Shown here piece by piece: positions 53,544 to 64,000 of a stretch of DNA of 64,000 nucleotides (its first letter is position 1; every line of letters starts with the position of its first letter). The stretch spans positions 138,260,001 to 138,324,000 of the forward strand of contig OZ024742.1 in assembly GCA_964016885.1 (NCBI GenBank). Direction: 5' to 3'. Source of the DNA: Eledone cirrhosa (Eukaryota). The notes below the pieces were generated by a model that ran no database searches, was not told where the DNA came from, and saw only the letters and a program-made list of their open reading frames with translations. The translations under genes were made by a program, and so were the position numbers.

Positions 53544-55972
53544 CAGGAAAGAAGGTTTACATGGTTTGCTATACAAAAAAGTTTTTAATCACATAGATTA
53601 CATTTGTTTCACTGAACTGGTATGTCTAGAGATCGCTATCCGCTTAATTTTGCGTTACTCGATCGCCAATACAGAATTATAACCAGTCAGATCTTCGGAG
53701 CATGCGAGAATGAAGAAAATACACAGGCAAGAAAAGAAAAGAAAATACAGGCTACTATATGAAGTAGTAATGGCATTCAATTAGAACAATAACAACAATT
53801 ACAACAATGCTATCAATAAATTATTTAAGGAGACCCTGACATTACTTAGGTGGGGGGTATATAATGTATCTAATGTTACGGCGTGTAAAACTAGCTGTCA
53901 TAAGGCAAAATGAAGCGTTGACATGTACAAAGTATCGTAGTGTATATCAATTTTAAATTATAAAGATAAGCTAGTTTTTACAGTCTTTCTCTTCATCTTC
54001 AACAGTATACATGAGTGGGACCACTGTCAAAGCTCAATAGTTGTAGAGTTAATACAGAGGTTAACGAATTAATATACGCATATATCTACGCGCACACACA
54101 CACACATACACATACACACACACACACATATATATATATATAAATATATATACACACATATACACATGCATGTGTACATAGACACATACATACACATCAA
54201 TATACACTCGTACAAAAATATACATACATGCAAAGAGAAAAGCGTGCTAATTGTAATTATGGCAAAAAGAAGGTAAAGTAACATTGTAGTAGTGAAATGA
54301 GAAAAACTACGATCTAGGATCAAATGATTGCAGCAGCTGAGAAGGAGTAAGATTGTTGGTAGATGAGGTACTTACAGACAATTGTGTGGTATAGACTTGT
54401 GAAGGAAATAGTATACTTAATGAATATATTTCTGTGGGTAGTAGGTATCCTAATTTAAAGCTATGTTATGTTGGTTCGATTCACGGAGGTTTGAATCTTA
54501 TGAATTTAGTGGCTATTCTATGTCTGCAGAAGATAGATCTTTCTAACTTATTATTAAGTAGCCTTTTAACATTTCTAAGGATATACAATAGCTCAAGATC
54601 ACACAGCCCGCAATAGGACATCCCTGTACTATAGGTTTTAGCAGCCGACAACTTCGACCAGTTGATAGTGTAGTTAGTGTTGCTGTCCTTCAATTCCCAT
54701 ATTTTTCTGGCGAGGGTGGTGGAACCCATAAGTGCACGGTTTTTCATTGAGTGCCTGTGCACATACCATCTTTTCTTAAAAGAACCCGCGGTGGATCCTA
54801 TGTAATTCCAGGTGGAGTTACCCGAGATGACGGTGCACATGTACACCAGGCTCGAATCGAGACATCCGTTCGCCAATGGGCACCTATCTGGGAGGTGACA
54901 GTTACAGTTTGAGGCGCTATTTTGTGCAGCTTTTACATTCCTGTTTAGTACTCTGTTATAAGTGGGTTGTGATATATGCCCAATGGGGTTTTGCTGCTGC
55001 GCGTTTGTATGCGCTTGTGGTTGTGATGTTGTGATGAGTTTGTGCTTATGTATAGGTGCAATTGATTTACTAGAGATATTTCTGTGGTTGAACTTGCGTA
55101 TGTGTGATTCTATGTTAGCTGCTGTTGAGAATGAGAGTTTTATAGTAGATCTATTAAGTATTTTGTGATATCTATGCGAGATATGGAAGTGTTTATCTAT
55201 TAGTTTAAAGAATGTAGAGGGCAGTCTAGTTTTTATAGAGGAGTTGAATATTGGGTTGAACCATAGGTATTTTCTTTGTCTGTTTCTTCTATTGTTTCTT
55301 GGGTTTACGTTATTAGTGTTTTGGCCGTTTACTCCAGGTGTTACATGTCTAACCCTATGTCTAGTCAAGCTATTCCTATTATTATGTGAGCGGTTGGAGT
55401 AGTAATTACTAGGATTATTTATGTTGTCCTTATTCACTATATACTGTAGTTTATCTTTATGACCGGCCCTACTTAATGCTGCATTATAATAGTCAGCATG
55501 CTCGTTAAAGATTTCTAGGTTTGAGGATAAGCGGGATATTCGGAGGGATATACTACGTGCTATGGATTTAATTATGGATTTGGGGTGATTTGAGTTGTAA
55601 CTAATGTAGGCAAGATTTTCATTATTTTTGTGGAAAGGTTCTATTAATCCAGTATTTCGATTTAGAGTTACATCTAGAAAATTTACCTTCTTAAGATTTT
55701 AGTTCGTAGGTAATACTTAGGCCTAGTTTTTTGAAGAATATTCTAATATTTTTCCTTAGTCTTTCCATGCTCTGGTTGTTTAGGTTCCTAGCTATAAGTA
55801 ACGTGTCGTCCCTATAAATTCCTCCTTGGAGGTTACTGAATTCATTATGTAGGTTGTGTGCTATGAATAGCCCCACGATATCTATGATTTCTCGCATGCT
55901 CCGAAGATCTGACTGGTTATAATTCTGTATTGGCGATCTAGTAACGCAAAATTAAGCGGATAGCGATCTCTA

Positions 55973-55973
<1 letters not shown>
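53538..55973 (-). mobile_element. 5'-truncated Naiad-like PLE with inverted pLTR fragment at its 5' end, in (TA)n
   Basis: GIYRDD RT remnant, CNC-x5-CPL linker and LVY..NYIGST (54481-55897). HHR at 53589-53709. 55889-55973 is an inverted copy of part of that HHR. Confidence 0.88.
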
Positions 55974-56051
<78 letters not shown>

Positions 56052-56744
56052 GATATTTCTGGGCTTTGAAAAGAATATCACCTCTCTCCAGTGCTTTTCG
56101 GGATCTTCTTAGGGAACATCAAGCAAAAGACACTTCAATACTTCCACACCGCTTATTGACCTATTAGGAAACAGTACAGTTGAATTCCAGGGGCTCAACA
56201 CCAGATTGAAAAAATCTTTCAGGAGCATACAGAGTGGAGATCTGCTGAGAAAAAAACAAGATTCTGGTTAATAGCCACAACTATACTAAAACCCTCCTTC
56301 AGGCCAACGTCGAGGGATGGCAGATGATTGGAAGACAATGAAAATCTTGATCCGACAACACCAATGACTGGACAGGTTACAACACCGAGATCATTCTACA
56401 TATGGCACAGAATATAGACCATTGGAGATGGCTGACTACGAAAGCATCCAGAGGTGAACCCCAATGACTGGCTGCAAGCATTGCGGGAATATGACCATTA
56501 ATAGTACCCAAACCACGTATATCTTACTGAGGAGGCGATAGCGTTAGCAGTCAAAATAACCTGATTCCTGCTTTTTTAGTGGATGAAGGAATCGCATTGA
56601 TACTTTCGTCTGGTCTTGATATAAGTATTGGTGCTCTAATTCAGTGGGTATTTTATGTCTTGAATTTATTTTAATTTGAATAATAATTTGAAAAATATCC
56701 GGTTATGTTTGAACAATGAAACAATCGGTGTTCTCTTTTTCCAG

Positions 56745-56844
56745 ACTGCTGTTTCTTCACCTACACGAGATGAAATCATCTTATCCGGAGAAGGAGTTCC
56801 ATGTGTATGGATAATGCCGTGGGTAATTTTAGCTATTCTCCAAG
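56745..56844 (+). CDS. Candidate internal host exon (TAVSSPTRDEIILSGEGVPCVWIMPWVILAILQ)
   Basis: Strong acceptor ttctctttttccag| and donor caag|gtaacg. Only the phase-0 frame is open. Confidence 0.3.
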
Positions 56845-57556
56845 GTAACGATTTCCCTTTCTTTTCTTTTGGACGTAACTAACACAAGCATATCCAGCAA
56901 AAGGTGTTTGTTCATTGCCTATTTTTACTCATTTGTTTTATAATCTTTGTTCAATCCTTTTCTTCTTTTTGTTTCTACGTATCATTATAATTTTTACGTA
57001 TTTTAGATTTTATTATATTATGAAAAAAAATCATTAGTTCATCTTACCAACAATCTGACATTTTCCCACTGAGCCAATCATTTTATTCCTCATCATTAAT
57101 TTTTATAACATTCTATGATGTCAGACCAGGTAATATACAGAATACCAAAGACTGGAAATAATTACTTCCGGCCACCTGCGTACAGACTTCAAATCCCACT
57201 GTGCTCAAACTTACAATCTATCCCTCAAGGATTAATACAATATTTATTTGGCAGTCGAATCAATTAAATATATCTCCCATATTCTCAACAATAACGGCTT
57301 TAGAATGTATGTTTATATCAGAGAATAAGAGGGGGGGGGGAGAAAGAGCATAGTTATATGAGGGCATAATAAGGTTATATTAAGAAGGAATGTGAGAGGC
57401 AGAGATAACATGAGAGAAATCAATACAAAATTCAATATAATTGCAAGTATTCCGGGGATACTATTCAGATTTGTGTCGTCAAATTTCAGTAACATATACA
57501 CAGAAACCCATACACTCAAACACACAACTGAGAGATAGAAGACACACACACACATA

Positions 57557-57597
<41 letters not shown>

Positions 57598-57747
57598 GGG
57601 GGGGGTGTATCTAATATAGAAATGGCTTCTACAGGACTAGAACTGTTTCATTTGGGAGAAATCATCTGCTATCTATCGAGTACTCTACTTACTGTGGTTA
57701 CCCCCAATTGAACCTGGGATAAACTTAAATATAAACTTATATATAGA

Positions 57748-58424
57748 GAGAATAGAAATGTCTGCGTAGTTGCTATTTAAGGTAGCTTAAAATGGTTGGG
57801 AATAAGAAGAAAGCAAGAACGCGTGGGGAGTTTTTCTCATCAGTTGTCTACTGGGGGTCTCGGATATTTCTACGCTTTGAAGACAATATATCTACCGCCC
57901 AGAGCGTCAATAACTTATCCAGTTATTGAGAAAACGGAGGTGGGAGGGAAGGAAAACAAAAGGGAAGAAAAGAGAAAACAGTGAAAAAACGGCGAATTAA
58001 AACAACAAACAATGTGCGAGCAACTTAAGGTAAGAAAATCCAAGACCACACGATGAGCGAACTTAAGTTCAAGACTGTGTGGACGAGAGAAAAAAGACAT
58101 ACGTCTGATCCCAGCTGTTGTAAGTGAGAAAAGGACTACTAGAGGATCAGGCGAGGAAGTGAAAGTGAGAGGTAGAACGGGAGAGGAAGAAAGAGGGGTG
58201 AGAGTAGATAGTAACGAAATAGTTAGGTAGAAGAAGAGAGAAGACTGGTAGAGAGGATGAGAGAAAGTGAGAGGGAGAAAGGGAGAGGAAGAAAGAGGGG
58301 TGAGAGTAGATAGTAGCAAAATAGGTAGGTAGAAAGGGAGAGAAGAATGGTCACAGTGAAAACATGATGAAATATATGGAGAATAGAAATGGCTGTGTAG
58401 TTGCTATTTAAGGTAGCTTAAAAT
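57748..58424. repeat. Element with 46-bp terminal direct repeats (offset 631) and an internal ~100-bp purine-rich tandem duplication
   Basis: gagaatagaaatg.ctg.gtagttgctatttaaggtagcttaaaat at 57748 and 58379. Duplication at ~58161-58351. Confidence 0.6.
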
Positions 58425-58509
58425 ATAGTGAGAAAGAGAGAAAGAGAGAGAGAGAGTGTAAGCGAGACAGATAGATGGACACAGAGAGAGAGAGAAATAG
58501 AAGCTTTAG

Positions 58510-58700
58510 CCGTATTTTTTTACTGAAGAAGTTTTAACCTGAAATTGGTGTTTAGAAACCTCTAAGAAAATGGAAAAAGATGAGTATTGACGTACATGTA
58601 CGTCAATTCTCATGGAGAAATACTCATCTTTTTTCCATTTTCTTAGAGGGTTCTAAACACCACTTTCAGGATAAACATTTTTTAGTCAAAAATACAGCAA
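58510..58700. repeat. Inverted repeat with central 22-bp perfect palindrome
   Basis: Arms about 58510-58588 / 58619-58700, with attgacgtacatgtacgtcaat at 58586-58607. Confidence 0.8.
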
Positions 58701-59969
58701 AAAAATTAGTTATCCAGCACAATTTATTAATATATTAATATATTAATTTAGTAATTTAGTAATATATTAATTTATTAATTTAGCCGATTTAGAGATTTTG
58801 GTTTAAGTTCAATATATTTTAATACTTCTCTGAGTGGATTATTAATTGATTGATTTATTAATATATCTTGATCTTTCATTGAGATGCCTATGTATTAGAG
58901 ACTGATAACTTTATAGAGTTTTACACAAAGAAACGCCATATGTTAGTACGGTGCCCTTATGACTCCATTGGGAATTAGGGGACCATACACACCCTACACA
59001 TATATTGAATATATCTCGCATCATTGTAATTTGAACCCGTCAATTTCTTTTGATATTTTATACATTTACTGATGAAGGCTACTAAGTCGTACGTCCCACT
59101 TACAGATATGTCAGGTCAGGTTTCACCCTGCTACTGGTACATGGTAACCCAGGAACACCCGATTCATGGTCGAGTGGTCGAGTGGTCGGCGAATAAACCG
59201 GCTATCCTACCAGGCAATGGTCTAGTGAGAAGTGTAAGTGGAAACACAGCAGGACAAAAATCAAATGCTGTTCAAGAGCGGATGAACTTCTCGGAGTCAA
59301 GAGCCATTCAATATAACCATGGGTTTAATAGCCACACCAACATGCAATTGTTCAAACGGGGTACATACGGCTACACCCTTAAAGACACTACCAAAAGCAA
59401 AAGCGGTGAATATCAACCGAGGAAGGATTCCACCAACAGGAGTGAGACAGCCCTGGATGGGATTGGATTGGACTTACAGATTTTTAAACTAAGCAGTTAT
59501 GTAAAACTAGGTGAACTGGAAAATAAGAATTGAATGAATTATTCTAATTAAGCTGAAAAGTTTTAATGTACTATTATTATGCTATGCTCCTGAAGGTTTG
59601 AACATTAAATTGTGTTAATCCTTCTTTGCAAAGTATAATTAAGAATTATCAAAGAAAAAATGTTTTTGTTAATTTACGCATAGCATCAGCGTAAAGATTT
59701 ACTGTGCGGGTCTCTTTAAAGAAATAGCTTGATATTCATAAAGAAAACATTGAACAAAGGATTCATAAAAATAGTCAGTTGATAGTGAAAACCATTAAAG
59801 TGTGAGTGAAAAGATATTCTCATATTAAGGAATATTCATAACTAACGTGCAATTTGAACTTGCAATGCTACAAAGAAACCTCAAACATGCATACACCCAG
59901 GATCCCACGCAAATACATACACACACGCGCACACATATACATAAATACGCAGAGCAGTCAAGAACAAGA

Positions 59970-60004
<35 letters not shown>

Positions 60005-60008
<4 letters not shown>

Positions 60009-62984
60009 TAAATCTACCAATCAATGGTAGAGTCTAAACCGTATGAAGAGCTCAATGTAATCCATAGGTAGAAGATGTCGTGAAGCAAAGTTTAAAATAC
60101 AAAATTTTCAACGATATAATTCATTGGATACAGAGTCAAAAATAGAAATATTAAAACAATGAAATTAAACAAAAAACTGTTAATTAATAGTAAAACTCAT
60201 TATTTTACGATCGTTTCTGGGGGGTAGTTCCCCGTATGTCCATTCTATTATTGATATAGGTAAAATATAATACAAAATATCATAGTAAGAAAATATACAT
60301 ACGTCTTCACTACCCGCCGTCTTCAGAAATAATGAGTTTTGTTTATTGAAGAATACAAAAAAACATACATATGAATAAGTAACGTTTTATAACCAAATTG
60401 AGGTTGACCAATAGTAAGAATAGGAAGGGGCAGTATAGATCCTTAAGTTGGTAGTAGTAGATGAATAAATAAGCCGTCAGGGGATGACGTATCAAAAGAC
60501 TTTTAAGAAAAGAAATGAAAGTTGCTAGTGTAAATGAATTAAGACATATTGTATATAAAAGTGTTGATGGTCAAAGAAGATTACGGTTGGAGGAAAAGGG
60601 GTACTGGGATTAGTGTGTTACATCAAGTAGAATGGTACGGAACAATCTTAAAATGTTTGTTATTTCTTTGTTGAGAGGACTAATTTGTTCTAAAAATATA
60701 TATCTACTAAACAATTAGTTCACACCCATAATAACAATCACAATATTATAATTTCATCTGATAACAATATCTACCCTCAAACGTCTATACATACCCAATA
60801 TAATAAGAGGAAACCTTTTAGAAACCATAAAAGAAATGTAACATGATATAACGCTCCATTCAACTTGCAGACTATGGGCCAAATCCCTAAAAAATGTTTA
60901 CAATTCTCGATAAGCATTTCCCACCTAACCACAAATACCATCAAATCTTAAACAGAAATACAGTAAAATTTTCTTACTCCCATCGAGCAATATACAACAA
61001 AAAATAAGTGCATATAACATCTATAGATGTAAAAAAGCTCCATGTATACCACACACAATAGCATACCACACACACGATAACTATGGTATTACTACAACGC
61101 ATAACCATAATATTACTACATACCCTCCTGCTACATCCGCCCACTCACCTCACCAGCACAATACAGCAGCCTACAACCAACTACCATCTTCCTCATCCTT
61201 AATAGGGACTAAGAATTACATACCCAATATAACCAATAGCTTCCAAAACAACCATGAGTCTATAAACGCTATATCCAGTATAATTTCACCAACTAACAAC
61301 GCTTCGGGCCGCGACCACCCAACCGTAAACCCTTCTCTCCCAAATAAAAAGGTAAACAAATACTAGCACTACTATTGAGAATATGGATAGCATATCTGAA
61401 AGCCTATATGCAAACGGTTGTGATTGTAGAATAAAAGATAATTGCCCCTTAAAAGGAAATTTCTTAATTAATAATATAGTATATAAATGTGTAATCACCA
61501 CTAAGGACTCTAATCAATCCTATATTGGATCCACTTCTAATCCGTTTAAATCAAGATTTTATGCACACACCCACAGTTTCCGAAAAACAAAATTAGCTAA
61601 TACCACTTCTTTAGCAGAAGCAGTTAATAATTGTAAAACGAGGAATATTAAATATAACCTAACTTGGAGGATTCTTAAGAGAGCCATTTCTTATCAGGGC
61701 AATAGAAGGGAGTGTGGACTGTGTTCCCAAGAAATTTTGAAATTACTAAATCGAAGGACACTCTATTAAATAAAAGACAAGAATTAATTATAGTATGTAA
61801 CCATAAAATTAGAAGGACATTCAAATATTATAAATACAACTAAAGAAATATAGAAAATGATATAGGAGAAAAAATGTGTGAGTATGTGTGTGTGTGTGAA
61901 TATGTATATGTGTGTGTATATGTATGTGTATGCATAAGTGTATACCTATATATATACATGTGTGTGTGTGTACATGTATATGTGTGTGTGTATATAGTAT
62001 GTGTATGTGTGTGTGCGTGTATATATATATGTGTATGTGTATGTATGTACGTGTGTGTATATATATATGTGTATATATATGCGTATCTATATCTATATAT
62101 ATATTTTTTTTTTTTTTCTGCTATTAGTATTAATCCATGGATTAAATCCTATATCTCATCACTATAGCTGTTTTAAGTAATTCACTATAATTTAGCACTA
62201 TATATTACAATATTTTCAATAATCTAACAAAAATTTTTAATTGATATCCATTTAAACCTCCTTTTTTTTTAAAAAAAAAACGCATTATTAATGTAGATTC
62301 TTATTCGAAAATATAATTCCCTACAGGGAAAACTTCATTCTAACCACTCTAACACAATACTTACACAAACTTTAGTATTTTCTTAGCTATATAATATTTT
62401 ATCTAAATTTTACTTCCATTTGGTTCCATTTATATTCCTCTACTTATTATTATATATTTTTAGAACAAATTATTCCTCTCAACAAAGAAATAACAAACAT
62501 TTTTAGATTATTCTATACCATTCTACTTGATGTAACACACTAATCTCAGTACCCCTTTTCCTCCAACCGTAATCTTCTTTGACCATCAACACTTTTATAT
62601 ACAATATGTCTAAATTCATTTACACTAGCAACTTTCATTTCTTTTCTTAAAAGTCTTTTGATACCTCATCCCCTGACGGCTTATTTATTCATCTACTACT
62701 ACCAACTTATTCTTACTATTAGTCAATCTCAACTTGGTTATAAAACGTTACTTATTCATATGTATGTTTTTTTGTATTCTTCAATAAACAAAACTCATTA
62801 TTTCTGAAGACGGCGGGTAGTGAAGACGTATGTATATTTTCTTACTATGATATTTTGTAATATATTCTACATAGATCAATAATAGAATGGACATACGGGG
62901 AAATACCCCCCAGAAACGATCGTAAAATAATGAGTTTTACTATGAATTAACCGGTTTTTGTTTAATTTAATTGTTTTAATATTT
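60005..62984 (+). mobile_element. 5'-truncated Naiad-like PLE with ~550-bp inverted pLTR
   Basis: 60146-60702 is the reverse complement of 62451-62984. GIY-YIG ORF 61383-61769 (CDC..CPLKGNFL, IVY, YIGST, FKSRFYAH). TA-flanked. Confidence 0.88.
62790..62938 (+). ncRNA. Hammerhead ribozyme with 14-bp stem I and 102-nt stem II
   Basis: aaaactcattattt-CTGAAGA-[62811-62912]-GAAAC-gatc-GTA-aaataatgagtttt. Mirror copy at 60192-60340 (-). Confidence 0.85.
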
Positions 62985-63419
62985 ATATATATATATATGT
63001 ATATGCAGACACACACTCACACGCACACACACACACACACACACACACTTGTATGCATATATATATATATGAAAGAAGGGAAGAATGCCTTAATTGCTGG
63101 TTGATGCTCTTTAATAATTCGAATCTTTACAATAAGTCGTTATTGATATTAGTTCTGGTAGGTACTTGACAACTTATGTGGAGAACTGACAAGTCCTTGT
63201 CAATTCTCTGGGGACATTTCTCGCATTCGCTGCTCTGTTGTGTTTGTTGAAGATGTATTCATACATAATTATATAGAGAGACGGAGGTCTGTGGTCTGGG
63301 ACTATAGTGGTGTAAGAGCGTATGTAAAACTGGAAGGGTATAATAAAAATTAAAATTGAAAAAATAAAATAATATGCTTTTTTATGATATTGAAGTGAAA
63401 ATGGAGTAAGATGATATTG

Positions 63420-63548
63420 GTAATAATTGTTTCTACTTTTGGCACAAGGCCAGCAATTACCCAGTACATTACTGGTTCTTTATTTGATCGACCCCATAAG
63501 GATGAAAGACAAAGTAAACCTCGACGGGATTTGAACTCAGACCGTAAA
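63420..63548 (-). mobile_element. SINE copy, 5'-truncated
   Basis: The reverse complement matches the 5577-5760 family from the B-box to the tail. Confidence 0.8.
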
Positions 63549-64000
63549 GTGTGATAGTGTGATTTCATAAATCTATTCTTATGTATATATATATATATGA
63601 GAAAGGGACTGCAGGCTATAGAGTGATAAAGAGGGAAAGAGAGTGAGAGAGATGGGCCTAAAGACGTAGGTGGAGATTTTAGAACAAACGTAACGCAATG
63701 TCAGTCGGTGAGATGAACTTCTAATAGGTTATTTCTATTTCCAATGTTTTACATTTCAACTGAACATGAATATATCGCACATATACAATCGTCAATTCTA
63801 TCAGTAGTAATCTAATTATGCATTGCACAACACTGACAGCTATTATTTTTTATTACTTCACATTATGTTGGTTACTTTACTAGAAATGTCTTCCGCTTAT
63901 GTGTAAGCATTTTAGTTGCTCTGATATATTTCAATTTTTATATCTATTTCGTTTCGTTTCAAGTTAAATTTTTTCAGTGATTACACGATTCTACTACGTT

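Noticed and set aside
59072-59533. 153-aa ORF as a host gene
   Set aside because: No recognisable domain or splice context. It begins in a decayed HHR-like motif (CTGATGA at 59069) and is probably retroelement debris.
60146-62984. DNA transposon with 550-bp TIRs
   Set aside because: The interior encodes a PLE GIY-YIG domain, the arms carry HHRs, and one arm extends into a tail. This fits an inverted pLTR, not TIRs.

Overview
Eukaryotic, very AT-rich, microsatellite-saturated genomic DNA. The SINE family and the (TA)n/(CA)n/(GA)n density suggest a coleoid cephalopod (inference). Almost all ORFs in the supplied track are microsatellite noise or decayed retroelement frames. Mobile DNA dominates: Penelope-like elements (PLEs), including a near-complete Naiad-like copy with two hammerhead-bearing pseudo-LTRs at 17096-22546; RTE, L1/Tx1 and R4/Dong-like LINEs; a Chapaev3-like DNA transposon; a Helitron derivative; and tRNA-derived SINEs. 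The most notable unexplained signal is roughly 20 hammerhead ribozyme (HHR) motifs, intact or decayed. Many have a very long (about 60-100 nt) structured stem II, a non-Watson-Crick pair closing stem II, a self-complementary stem III, and C3C4 or U3-A8 core variants. They sit in PLE ends, in fold-back insertions into (TA)n, and in ~650-bp terminally redundant non-coding units resembling retrozymes. A possible host gene with a signal-peptide-like exon (10865-10948) may span much of the window. All structures were folded by eye, and element boundaries are approximate.
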